A stretch of 60,223 nt of DNA, the filler included, from Coriobacteriales bacterium (GTDB lineage: Bacteria > Actinomycetota > Coriobacteriia > Coriobacteriales > UBA8131), in NCBI GenBank assembly GCA_031263105.1. It is 7 parts of 7 records of this genome, joined end to end, with 100 filler letters (N's around TTAATTAATTAA, not from the genome) between each part and the next. Parts side by side here need not be neighbours in the genome. Positions count along the whole stretch, not along the records: positions 18,134 to 26,509 come from JAISGJ010000159.1; positions 26,610 to 37,578 come from JAISGJ010000212.1; 5 more parts are not named here. One strand, written 5' to 3'. Below are positions 18,983 through 27,965 of this stretch, one piece after another. Numbering within the stretch: the stretch's first letter is position 1; the number at the start of each line of letters is the position of its first letter. The position numbers and the translations under genes are program-made. The notes under the pieces were generated by a model that did no database searches, was not told where the DNA came from, and saw only the letters and a list, made by a program, of their open reading frames with translations.

Positions 18983-20445
18983 CAGGGCAGCGCTCCTTGG
19001 TCAGGCGTCAGGCCCCTGACCCCTCCGAGCAGGGCCGAGAGCTTGCGTTCGATGAAGCCTGTGTCGATATGGTTGTTGAGGAAATCGGGGTCGTACATGA
19101 GGAGGTAGTGCATTCCGATGGTTGTGGGGATGCCGGTGACGAGGGTCTCCTCCAGCGCACGGCGCATGCGTAGGATGGCCTCGTTGCGGGTGCGTCCGTG
19201 GACGATGACCTTTGCGATCATGGAGTCGTAGAAGGGGCCGACCTCGTAGCCGGGGTGGATGACCGTGTCGACGCGGACGCCGAAGCCGTTGGGCAGGTGC
19301 AGGTGGCCTATGGTGCCAGGGCAGGGGCGGAAGTCCTCCTCGGGGTCCTCGGCGTTGATGCGGCATTCGATGGCATGGCCTTGGATGTGGACGTCCTCCT
19401 GCGCGAGTTGCAGGGGCAGGCCGGAGGCGATGCGGATCTGCTCGCGCACGATGTTGACCCCCGTGACCATCTCGGTGACGGGGTGCTCCACCTGGATGCG
19501 GGTGTTCATCTCGATGAAGTAGAAGCCGTCGTCTGTGGCTGCGGGCTTCCTGTCCGCCGCCCCTGCCGCCGCCGCCGCTCCCGCTGCCCCTGCCCCCGCG
19601 CGGCCTGCGTCCACGATGAACTCCACCGTTCCCGCGTTCGTGTAGCCCGCGCTGCGGGCGGCATTCAGCGCAGCCTGGGCCATGCGCCCCCTGAGTTCGC
19701 TGCTCAGGGCCGCTGCGGGCGCCTCCTCGAGCAGCTTTTGATGGTTGCGCTGCACGGAGCAGTCGCGCTCCCCAAGGTGCAGGCAGGTGCCGTGGGTGTC
19801 GGCAAGGATCTGGAACTCTATGTGACGGGGCGACTCGATGAGCCTTTCAAGGTAGACGCTGCCGTCTCCGAAGCAGGCCAGTGCCTCCGCGCTCGCCTCG
19901 TCGAAGGCGCGCGCCAGGTCCTCGGCGCCGTCCACCCGTCGCATGCCGCGTCCGCCGCCGCCGTTGGCCGCCTTGACGAGCACGGGATACCCGATCCTCT
20001 CCGCCCACCTTGCTGCCTGTTCGGCGCTGGCGACCAGCCCGTCCGAACCGGGAACCACGGGCACGCCGGCCTTTCGCATGAGTGCGCGCGCCGCATCCTT
20101 GTTGCCGAGCAGGGCGATGACCTCGGGTTTCGGGCCGATGAACGTCAGGCCTGCGTCCCTGACCCGCGCGGCGAAGCCCGCGTTCTCGGAGAGGAAGCCG
20201 AAGCCGGGATGGAGCCCGTCGCAGCCGGTGCCCAGCGCTGCGGTGATGACGGCGTCCTGGTTGAGGTAGCTCTCGCTCGAGCGCGCGCCGCCCACGCAGA
20301 CGGCACGGGTCGCCAGCGTCGTGAACAGCGAGCCACGGTCAGCCTCCGAGAATATGGCGACGGTCTCGATGTTCATCTCGCGGCAGGCGCGCAGGATGCG
20401 TGCGGCTATCTCCCCACGGTTGGCGACAAGGATGCGTTTGAGCAT
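18982..20445 (-). CDS. accC: Biotin carboxylase
   Basis: ANRGEIA, GGGGRGMR, EMNTRIQVEHPVTE and YDSMIAK motifs. Confidence 0.95.
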   Translation of the reverse strand: MLKRILVANRGEIAARILRACREMNIETVAIFSEADRGSLFTTLATRAVCVGGARSSESYLNQDAVITAALGTGCDGLHPGFGFLSENAGFAARVRDAGLTFIGPKPEVIALLGNKDAARALMRKAGVPVVPGSDGLVASAEQAARWAERIGYPVLVKAANGGGGRGMRRVDGAEDLARAFDEASAEALACFGDGSVYLERLIESPRHIEFQILADTHGTCLHLGERDCSVQRNHQKLLEEAPAAALSSELRGRMAQAALNAARSAGYTNAGTVEFIVDAGRAGAGAAGAAAAAGAADRKPAATDDGFYFIEMNTRIQVEHPVTEMVTGVNIVREQIRIASGLPLQLAQEDVHIQGHAIECRINAEDPEEDFRPCPGTIGHLHLPNGFGVRVDTVIHPGYEVGPFYDSMIAKVIVHGRTRNEAILRMRRALEETLVTGIPTTIGMHYLLMYDPDFLNNHIDTGFIERKLSALLGGVRGLTPDQGALP

Positions 20446-20464
20446 GGCTGCGGTTCCTGCTGCC

Positions 20465-21115
20465 TCAGCTGGCAGACGCCGGTGTGGGGGAAGGTGCGCT
20501 GCCTTGGGCGGGCGGCGCGGGGGCGAGCGGGGTCGTCGATGCAGGCGAGGACGGGGTCGTCGGCGTGCCTGTGCCTGCCGTGCCCGCCGCGCTGCCCGGC
20601 CCTCCTGACGGGTCGGGGCGCAGGGTCACCAAGGCAGCGCCGTACTCGGCCAACATGCCGTCCTCGAACAGTATCGAATCGACGGTGCCTGCGGTGGGCG
20701 CGGTTATCTCGTTGAACAGCTTCATGGCCTCGATGAGGCAGAGCACGTCCCCTTTGGCGACGCGTTGCCCGCACTCGACGAACGGTACGCCGTCCGGCTC
20801 GCGCGAGCGGTAGACGATGCCGACGAGCGGTGCGCTTACCGTGAGAAGGTCTGCTGCGGCAAGGTGCGCGTCGGACGTGATGCCGGGGGCGGCAGAAGCG
20901 GTCGAGCCAGGGGAGGCGGTGCCAGCGGCACCCCCAGCGGCGGCGACGGCAGAAGCAACGTCGCCTCCAGCAGCGCCTGCGCCCGAAGCTGCCTGCCGGT
21001 TGCCCGCTGTCGGGTTGCGCTCCATGACGACACGCATATCGCCCTGCTCGTATTCGAGCCGGGTCAGGTTATGCGATTCGAGGAGGACTGCCAGGCTTTC
21101 CAGCTCGGGCGTCAT
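20465..21115 (-). CDS. accB: Biotin carboxyl carrier protein
   Basis: IEAMKL biotinylation motif; Ala-rich linker. Confidence 0.9.
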   Translation of the reverse strand: MTPELESLAVLLESHNLTRLEYEQGDMRVVMERNPTAGNRQAASGAGAAGGDVASAVAAAGGAAGTASPGSTASAAPGITSDAHLAAADLLTVSAPLVGIVYRSREPDGVPFVECGQRVAKGDVLCLIEAMKLFNEITAPTAGTVDSILFEDGMLAEYGAALVTLRPDPSGGPGSAAGTAGTGTPTTPSSPASTTPLAPAPPAQGSAPSPTPASAS

Positions 21116-21351
21116 GCTCTCAACGAATCGACAAGGGCCACGACATCGCCAACGGTCTTGAGGGCCTCGGCGTCGGGCGTCTCGATGCTCAGGTCGAACT
21201 CCTCCTCCAGCGCCATGATAAGCTCCACGGCATCCAGCGAGTCGGCGCCCAGGTCGTCGTTGATATGGGCCTCAGGCGTGACCTCGTCCTCGTTGACACT
21301 CAGCTGGCTGACCAGCACCCGCTGTACGACCTCAAATGTAGTTTCCGACAT
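21112..21351 (-). CDS. acpP: Acyl carrier protein
   Basis: [15 protein letters not shown] motif, 79 aa; ATGA overlap with accB. Confidence 0.95.
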   Translation of the reverse strand: MSETTFEVVQRVLVSQLSVNEDEVTPEAHINDDLGADSLDAVELIMALEEEFDLSIETPDAEALKTVGDVVALVDSLRA

Positions 21352-21454
21352 CGAACCATCCTTAGAACGAGAGATACTTAAAAAATCTGAAGTATATTTT
21401 CCAACAGTCCGCAGATTTGTCAAGGGACACGATGCCTGTCTCCCAGGAAAAGTA

Positions 21455-21564
21455 GTTACCGTTCACACCCACTGTCATTCCGAGCGGAGACGCTGCCGGA
21501 GGCAGCGCCGCAGCCGAGGAATCCTCAGTGGGCCTCGGGATGACAGGGAGGTGTGAACAGCAAC
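21455..21564. mobile_element. Palindromic MITE, copy 5 (short core), near-perfect 7-bp flanking duplication
   Basis: GTTACCGTTCACACC...GGTGTGAACAGCAAC; flanks AAAAGTA and AAAAGCA. Confidence 0.8.
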
Positions 21565-21600
21565 AAAAGCAACCCCGCACAAGGCGGAGTGAGTTGTCGA

Positions 21601-21645
21601 TGGTGGGCGATAACGGATTTGAACCGTTGACTTCTGCCGTGTGAA
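21601..21645 (-). pseudogene. 3' fragment of tRNA-Val(CAC), the att site of an integrated element
   Basis: Minus strand TTCACACGGCAGAAGTCAACGGTTCAAATCCGTTATCGCCCACCA gives anticodon loop, T-arm and CCA; the 5' half is absent. Confidence 0.85.
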
Positions 21646-22661
21646 TTCGTATTTGGGGCATTTTAGCATGTTTGCCCGCGTCTGTCTGCGTTGCCATCGT
21701 CGCAGGTCAGACATAGTTTTTCGTATGTTCGCGTTTTTCCGTGTCAGTCCGCGTCCTGAATTCACCATGATAGTTCCATGATAGTAGCGCTGTTAGGGGT
21801 CATTGGTTCGTCATGTCGCAAAGCCGCAGGTTGTAGGCTGTGCTGACGTATTGCTGACCTGTTCCTCAAAACACCAGAGGTCAACGGTTCGTTTGTGCAT
21901 AAGAGTCTCATCTGAACGCTACATGAGCAACATCTGAATCACATACGACACATCTGAAACCACATGCGACCATGCCATATGTGACACACCATATGAGCAT
22001 AGTTCTACACATCAGCCGACAGACACCATCCAATCATCCTATTCTACTTCTAAGCCCTTCTACTTCCCTTCCCGCACCCTGATACCACTTCGCCATAGAA
22101 AAGCCCCTCAGCGTTGCCCAGCGTTGGCTGAGAGGCATTCACGCGAGCGAGGCTGCCAGCCCTCGCGGCTGCTCGTCCATGACACCTGCATCATCCGCAG
22201 ACCTTCTCCTCATCTATGCCGTCCCTCCCCGGCGCTGACGACTCATGCACCAGTGCGGCAGGTCGCCGGGTTCCGGCTGGGTCGTAGTGCCACTGTCACG
22301 AGCAGGCGACGCTTCCGGCTCACATGCGGGGCAAGCCGTCCTCGCTATGGCTCGGAGTTCACCGGTTGCGCGTCGTCTCTCGGCTTCGTAAATGATTCGG
22401 GCACAAAGCTCGGGGCACCAATCATCGGGCGCCTCGACCAGCCGGGCGGGTGGGTGGGGGTGGTCGGAGGTCAGCCCAGTTTCTCTTCAGGGCGGGAAGC
22501 GTCGTGAAGCTCAGGCATATAGAGAACATGGTCAATAGGCACCCAGGAAGAACGCTTCACGATGCAGGGCGGGATACCCCCTACCGGGGGGATGTATACT
22601 ATACTTTATATAGTGTTATTTTATTTAGTAATATGCTCCCCCTCCACATTTTTTCGTGCTC

Positions 22662-22766
22662 CTATGGCTCCTTCCATGGCAACCATATAGCAGCTTCGTA
22701 CTGTTCACGCTGCTTGCGCAGTCTGCGTCGCTCGGCCTCGGCGACACGTTCTTTGAGGCTCATCAT
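22662..22766 (-). CDS. Putative 34-aa basic peptide
   Basis: MMSLKERVAEAERRRLRKQREQYEAAIWLPWKEP; ATGA overlap with the upstream ORF. Confidence 0.35.
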   Translation of the reverse strand: MMSLKERVAEAERRRLRKQREQYEAAIWLPWKEP

Positions 22767-22897
22767 TCGCCTTTCCCTGTCGCCATGCGCACGACAGTCA
22801 CGATCACTGCAATGACTGACCCCGCCAATATCAGCTGTGGAAAGGAATGGAGCATATCCACGAATCCCTTATATATCCAGTCTGTCAGCCATTCCAT
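22763..22897 (-). CDS. Putative 44-aa single-TM peptide
   Basis: MEWLTDWIYKGFVDMLHSFPQLILAGSVIAVIVTVVRMATGKGE; GAGGA RBS. Confidence 0.45.
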   Translation of the reverse strand: MEWLTDWIYKGFVDMLHSFPQLILAGSVIAVIVTVVRMATGKGE

Positions 22898-23141
22898 TGC
22901 CTATCCTCTCGCCGGGTTGTCCGACAGGCGCTCAATGACGTATCCCATCTTCGCTCCTTTCGAACTTCTGACATCAGCTTATTCTGATGTCAGATTTTGA
23001 AACGATTTAAAACATATCGCGTGACTGCGATCCGGCATTCGCCCAGTCAGCTAGGGCTGACTGTCCGCACTCCGCGATTTGAAATATAAATTAAAAATGC
23101 ATGGTTTCTGTTGCCAGGTACCATACAACCCCGAATCTTAG

Positions 23142-23267
23142 TCAATGTGACAGCACGGCCATAACGCACCATGCCATCAATGGTATGACTGCACATGCAG
23201 TCAACACCAGTGGCAATGGTGATGCCTTGACCGGCTTGAAGACATAAGTCTTTCTCCGGCGTCTCAT
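23142..23267 (-). CDS. Putative 41-aa peptide with basic N-terminus and single TM segment
   Basis: MRRRRKTYVFKPVKASPLPLVLTACAVIPLMAWCVMAVLSH; AAGGAGGTG RBS. Confidence 0.55.
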   Translation of the reverse strand: MRRRRKTYVFKPVKASPLPLVLTACAVIPLMAWCVMAVLSH

Positions 23268-23330
23268 TCTTCACCTCCTTAAGGTGAACTCTTCAGGCGG
23301 CTATTGCATAATGGCAGCCTGAAAATTTAT

Positions 23331-23370
23331 AAAAATAAATAAAAAAAGCGCACTGTGGAAGCTGCGCTTT
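23331..23370 (-). terminator. Rho-independent terminator
   Basis: AAAGCGCA/TGCGCTTT stem followed by a long T run on the minus strand, just after the 102-aa ORF. Confidence 0.7.
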
Positions 23371-23373
23371 CGG

Positions 23374-23682
23374 TCAAATTCCGAGGAACGTCCTCGTTGC
23401 CTGTCCAATCGTCTCACCGGCTGGACCCATCAGCCGATCTATGGCCTTGGTACGTCCACCCAGATCGCCCATAGACTTGGCAAAATCAGACTCCTTCAGA
23501 ACCTTTGACATTCCCTCTTTGTAATTGCGATCAAATTCTTTGGTCGCTTCAAACAGTTCCTTGTCTATTTCTGCGTCTGCCTTTCCGAGTTCAGTAGCTT
23601 CGGATGCCACTTTGGCCAGAGCACTGTTCTTTCCGAGCCTATGGAACTTTTCGAGCAATTCAAAACCTTCGTCGATTGCCAT
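23374..23682 (-). CDS. Hypothetical protein (102 aa, helical)
   Basis: GGAG RBS; TAATG coupling to the upstream ORF; terminator downstream. Confidence 0.6.
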   Translation of the reverse strand: MAIDEGFELLEKFHRLGKNSALAKVASEATELGKADAEIDKELFEATKEFDRNYKEGMSKVLKESDFAKSMGDLGGRTKAIDRLMGPAGETIGQATRTFLGI

Positions 23683-23798
23683 TACTCCATCTCCTTCAGG
23701 TCGCCGAGGAGCTTTATCAGCAGCTCCAATTGCTGAGGATTCAGACTGTAGGCTATATCAAGAAACTTGATGACCTCTTGCTTGTCTGCATTATCCAT
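23682..23798 (-). CDS. Putative 38-aa peptide
   Basis: MDNADKQEVIKFLDIAYSLNPQQLELLIKLLGDLKEME; its stop overlaps the next start. Confidence 0.45.
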   Translation of the reverse strand: MDNADKQEVIKFLDIAYSLNPQQLELLIKLLGDLKEME

Positions 23799-24429
23799 AA
23801 TTACCCCAATCTATTACTAGCAATAACCCTATTGTTATTACCATTATACCCCATTACTAACACAAAAATGGAAACTTGGAGACCTGGACACCTGGTACCT
23901 AGGGGAGATATATATCTATATATAGTATGTATATATTATATATGATTGTTGCCCTCCGACAGTGCACGCGAGTCAGGTGTCACGGCACCCCAAGGGCTTT
24001 CAAGTCTCCCAAAGCGCCCCTGCGTTAGACATCCGACGTGTCTTAGGGGGGCCTAGAATGGCTCTCGGCGGCGTTTCCGGCATCGGCGTACCGGGTCGTC
24101 GCCGAGCATCGCTGCGCCATCATGGTCACCTCCCGCTTTAGCCTCTGCCCATCTGAACGAGGAGGATGACCCTTGGGTCTTTGGCAACCGACGAAGAAGG
24201 GCATCCGTCCTATGTCGCCAAACATATCAGCTGTGCACATAAATACACATCCGGTGGGACAGATGCCCTTCCGCATGAGTATTCATGTGTCTCGAAACGA
24301 GGACACTGATATGCTTGGCGGGTCAAGTATAGCCCAACAGGCGCGTTCGTGCGACACATGCCGCCTATGTGACCTTTCTGTCGCGACCCGGCTCTGTGCT
24401 ATAGTATGCGCAGATGAAAGGACGACGAC

Positions 24430-24564
24430 ATGACGACCATGAAGGACGGCAAACCGGCAGACCTTGGGACAAGGATACTCGTGTTTATCATGTTCCTTCC
24501 GATTGCCGTACCCTCCCTCGCCTTTCTGGCATTTGTGCTGTTCTTGATATTCCACAGAGGATGA
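24430..24564 (+). CDS. Putative 44-aa single-TM peptide
   Basis: MTTMKDGKPADLGTRILVFIMFLPIAVPSLAFLAFVLFLIFHRG; GAAAGGA RBS; TATAGT upstream. Confidence 0.5.
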   Translation: MTTMKDGKPADLGTRILVFIMFLPIAVPSLAFLAFVLFLIFHRG

Positions 24565-24872
24565 CCGCATGGCAGACGACAGCAACGCAGGCATCGCGGT
24601 AGACAACAAGTACAGCAGTTGAAGGAGCACGGGGTCTTCCCAATGCGAGGGCCTTGCCGGTCGCCACAGGTGGCCATCCTCATATTCACGCCCCGTGCCT
24701 CCTTCCTCAGAACCACAGCTCTGTCTGTTGTCCACCTATAAGGGAATGGACAGTTGGACAGTTCCTGCACGAGCGCCCAAGAGATATAGAATCTCTCTTG
24801 GGCAGGCGTTCAGGGGATGCACCTGTGCAGGTGTGCAGAAGGCGTTTTGGACAGTTGGACAGTTGTGCAGCT

Positions 24873-26036
24873 TCACTCATGGAAGTCGTCTTTTCTGATA
24901 ATCCTGTTAGCCTTCCCGGACGTGATTATCATGTAATCAGCCGACTTTTCGACATACCTCTGTATGGTCTGTCGTGACAGGCCGGTCTCCTTTTCAAGCT
25001 CCGCATAAGTCGGCTGCGTGTTACCGGCTTCCGCCAGAGCGTCCATGGTCTCGTAGAGCTGCCCCATCTTCTTTTCTGTCCGACTTGTGGCTTTGCCGCC
25101 GAGCGGCGTGAGGTACTCTGCCGCCGCCAGCCTCCCGGTTTCGTCAACATAATGGAGCGGGTAGTCAAACCAGATGTTCACAGGCGGGGGCTGCGCGGTG
25201 TGCCGGCAGACCGCCTCGGCCCTCCAAGCCGCCAACCGGGCCTCGGCATGTTGCCGGAACCCATAGCGGGCCTGTGCCTGCTCATGGTTGCCGAGGCCCC
25301 TGAAGTGCTCGGGCTCGCGTCGCGCTATCTCCTCGTCCATCGCCTTCGATGCGTCCAGCTGCATGAGGTCGAGGATGCAGTCGAAGTCGCGCCCGAACAC
25401 GCCCGAGCCGCTCGCCCTGTCGATGGCGCTCTTGTGCCCTTGGGAGTACTTGGGGTGGTGATGGACGACGGCGACGCTTGCCCCGGTCACGTCGGCGACC
25501 TCGTCTATCCGTCGCAGCACCCTGTGGACATCGCCCGCTGCGTTCTCGTCCCCCGCGCCCAGCTTGTAGAAGGGGTCGATGACTATCAGGGAGGGCGCAT
25601 CATCCAGAGTCGCCAGCCTCTCAACCAAGGCATCGACGAAAGAGGGGCCATCCCCTGCGCAGTCCGCGCCGCGAAGGTTGAGCGCGAGGAGCCTGCCGCT
25701 GTCCGGGGCCAGTCCTCGGGCCTTCTGAATCTTGTAGGCCCTGTCCGCGAAGGCATTGGCACGTATCTCGAAGTTGACATAGACCGCCGTGCCTTGGGCG
25801 CACTGATACCCCAGCCACTCAGTGCCGGTCGCCACGGCATATGCCAGCTCAAGCAGCAGGATTGACTTACCGGCCTTTGACGCGCTCGACACCAGCAGCT
25901 TGTCGCCCTGATAGAGCAGCCCGTCTATCAGGAAGGGCGGCAGTGTCGGCGGTATCCTCACCTGGGACAAGTCAACGAAATCGGGCAGGGCCATGCGGGG
26001 TTCCTCCGGGGAGCCACCGAACGTGATGTCATCCAT
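24873..26036 (-). CDS. AAA_25 / RepA-like replicative helicase with C-terminal HTH
   Basis: SASKAGKS, VYVNFE, IVIDPFY, DEN, VHH and ASGSGVF motifs; C-terminal LSRQTIQRY HTH. Confidence 0.85.
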   Translation of the reverse strand: MDDITFGGSPEEPRMALPDFVDLSQVRIPPTLPPFLIDGLLYQGDKLLVSSASKAGKSILLLELAYAVATGTEWLGYQCAQGTAVYVNFEIRANAFADRAYKIQKARGLAPDSGRLLALNLRGADCAGDGPSFVDALVERLATLDDAPSLIVIDPFYKLGAGDENAAGDVHRVLRRIDEVADVTGASVAVVHHHPKYSQGHKSAIDRASGSGVFGRDFDCILDLMQLDASKAMDEEIARREPEHFRGLGNHEQAQARYGFRQHAEARLAAWRAEAVCRHTAQPPPVNIWFDYPLHYVDETGRLAAAEYLTPLGGKATSRTEKKMGQLYETMDALAEAGNTQPTYAELEKETGLSRQTIQRYVEKSADYMIITSGKANRIIRKDDFHE

Positions 26037-26396
26037 GACGGGCCTCCATCTCACGCTTCATAGATGCGAGCCAGTCACGCCTACAGACCTTCCTGACGGC
26101 CTCGCCCGGATAGCTCGAGGTGCTGGCCGCGTCGAGCGTCATCTGCCCGTAGGTGGCCGCGCCGTGCCGCTCGTCCCACTTCGGACGCATGAGGCCAGAA
26201 GTGCGAAAGAGCCTGTCTGCCTGCATCATATCCCCGCCACTCCAATAAAGCAGGCGGGTTACCAGCGCCAAGTCGGCCTCGCTCTGACTGCCGTAATTGG
26301 CATGTTGCCACTGTCCGGCCATGAGTACGCCGACCTTTGCGCCGTCATAGCAACTGCAAAACCTAAGAACTTCGACATCAGGGTTTCCGGGCCTAG
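26029..26396 (-). pseudogene. C-terminal helical-bundle domain of an NrS-1-like primase-polymerase, interrupted by an IS
   Basis: SQSEADLALVTRLLYW...DRLFRTSGLMRPKWD...TYGQMT; IS inserted at CTAG 26393-26396. Confidence 0.75.
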
Positions 26397-26509
26397 GGAG
26401 GCGCCGATTAATCCACTTTCGCGCCGTTTTTAGTCGTGTTATGCCGAGCGCTTCAGCGCTCGGCACTGTCTTAGTCTCACATCGCGTCCAATTCACGCAT
26501 CTGGGCGCT
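26397..26509. mobile_element. IS5-family-like element end (113 bp, at contig edge)
   Basis: Third identical copy. Confidence 0.75.
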
Positions 26510-26609
26510 NNNNNNNNNNNNNNNNNNNNNNNNNNNNNNNNNNNNNNNNNNNNTTAATTAATTAANNNNNNNNNNNNNNNNNNNNNNNNNNNNNNNNNNN
26601 NNNNNNNNN
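26510..26609. other. Artificial contig linker
   Basis: N-TTAATTAATTAA-N. Confidence 0.99.
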
Positions 26610-26725
26610 GAGAATGTTATTCCGATGTTTGTGGCGAGGCGCTTTGCCTATCAGGCGCTTTGCCACAAGCGCGGAATAAGTGAGAAGTCGGAATAATCGG
26701 AGTTATTCCGACAACGGAGTAACTC

Positions 26726-26893
26726 CGAGAGTCTGGGGACATCGAGCATGAGGATGTTGATGGCGGTGCCGCCGTGCATGCAGAGCTTGCCTTTGAGTGC
26801 CGGGTGCCTGCCCAGCTCCTCAAGCACACCCAGCAGCCGCTCAACCTTGTCAAGTGCCCTGTCCTGAAAACCTGTCATATCCATCGCTGTCAC
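26726..26893 (-). pseudogene. AbiEii-family nucleotidyltransferase toxin, N-terminal fragment
   Basis: LCMHGGTAINILMLDVPRLS, stopping before the expected catalytic DxD. Confidence 0.75.
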
Positions 26894-27654
26894 AGCTCCA
26901 TCCATTTCCTGATCTCCTCTGCTCGCGCAGGCAGATTCAGATGCCACCGTGCCGCGTAGCCCTCAAACTGCCTGTACGTGGGGTCGAGCTTGTAGCTTGC
27001 GCGTGCCGGCAGTGTCTGCTCGATGGCAGCAAGCATATTGTCCGCAACCGACCATCTCTTCTGGTTGCCATCCAGATACCAACCGACCCTGGCGGCCACC
27101 GATGGCGGATAGGCTCTCAGGCAAAGCATGATGGCATTGACGTCGGCATAGGGCAGTCCTGCGAAGCTGCGCACGACCTCCTCAAGACCGCCCGCCAAAC
27201 CGACGCGCGCCATGCAGTCAACCAGCGTCTGTTCTCTGGTGGTGACTTTTACGGTGCCAAACGCACGGGAGGTCACTGCCTCGGCCACAGTATCTGGTCT
27301 GGCGGTCAAGCCTTTGTATACGACGCCTTGGAAGCTGAATGACGCAGGCGGGTTGTTGCACATATACTGCACCAGACTTGATGTTGCGTGTGCCAGGCCG
27401 TGCAGTTCCAGTGCCGAGTGATAGACAAACGTTGCATCAGGAAAAAGCGTGGCGGCAACAAGGTGCGGGTCGGCTTTTACCCCTTGGAACCTGCCTGACT
27501 GCGAGACATAAAGACCTGTGCGGACCTTCAGCACCCTGCCCGCCTTAACGGCGCGGGACAGCGCGACGCGGACGCTTGGCTCATTGCCCACGACGTCAAG
27601 CATTCCAGCTGTTGTGAATGTCTGGTTCTGCGAGATGTAATCTGTAAAGAGCAT
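26890..27654 (-). CDS. AbiEi-family type IV antitoxin / transcriptional regulator
   Basis: KVRTGLY, YHSALELHGL and VTTREQTLVD motifs; GTGA coupling to the AbiEii fragment. Confidence 0.85.
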   Translation of the reverse strand: MLFTDYISQNQTFTTAGMLDVVGNEPSVRVALSRAVKAGRVLKVRTGLYVSQSGRFQGVKADPHLVAATLFPDATFVYHSALELHGLAHATSSLVQYMCNNPPASFSFQGVVYKGLTARPDTVAEAVTSRAFGTVKVTTREQTLVDCMARVGLAGGLEEVVRSFAGLPYADVNAIMLCLRAYPPSVAARVGWYLDGNQKRWSVADNMLAAIEQTLPARASYKLDPTYRQFEGYAARWHLNLPARAEEIRKWMEL

Positions 27655-27771
27655 CCGATCCTCTTCTCCATCTTGCAACAGTTTAACATATCTGCTAATA
27701 AATATCAGTTTTTGAGAAGAACCGAGTTCTCGCACGCTGCAGGAACAGATGTTTACGCCTTCCAAGGATTT

Positions 27772-27965
27772 TTACGAGCTTCCAAACAAATAGGATTTGC
27801 CGTATTGCTTGACAAGTCCCAGCAGCTCCCGCTGTTCGGATGTCAGGATTTCGTCATGCATAGCGGTTGAACAGCAGGGTGAAGTAGTTGGCTGCGACGA
27901 GAGAGTAGTTGTTCTTGCGTCTTTCGCTGAGGCCGATGGACTCAAAGAACACCTCGGCAACCCTG
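27772..27965 (-). pseudogene. Remnant of another type IV TA-like pair (antitoxin C-terminus plus AbiEii N-terminus)
   Basis: VAEVFF...NYFTLLFNRYA* overlapping MHDEILTSEQRELLGLVKQYGKSYL, which resembles the start of an AbiEii before its GGT motif. Confidence 0.5.

Larger units (their letters stand above)
21646..26396. mobile_element. Integrated phage-satellite/genomic-island-like element (partial)
   Basis: tRNA att fragment at the left edge, lower GC, primase fragment and AAA_25 helicase, short ORFs; cut by an IS and the contig end. Confidence 0.7.

Noticed and set aside
21601..21680. A complete tRNA-Val gene
   Set aside because: No D-arm, 5' anticodon stem or 5' acceptor strand upstream of the anticodon loop; only the 3' fragment is present
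22440..22500. G-rich tract as a phage cos site
   Set aside because: No terminase or HNH gene nearby; resemblance too weak
23047..23274. 75-aa ORF from the ORF track
   Set aside because: Its GTG lies inside the Shine-Dalgarno sequence; the RBS is correctly spaced for the 41-aa ORF at 23267 in another frame
26397..26496. N-terminal part of the 155-aa ORF 26029-26496
   Set aside because: Read-through from IS sequence, not part of the primase
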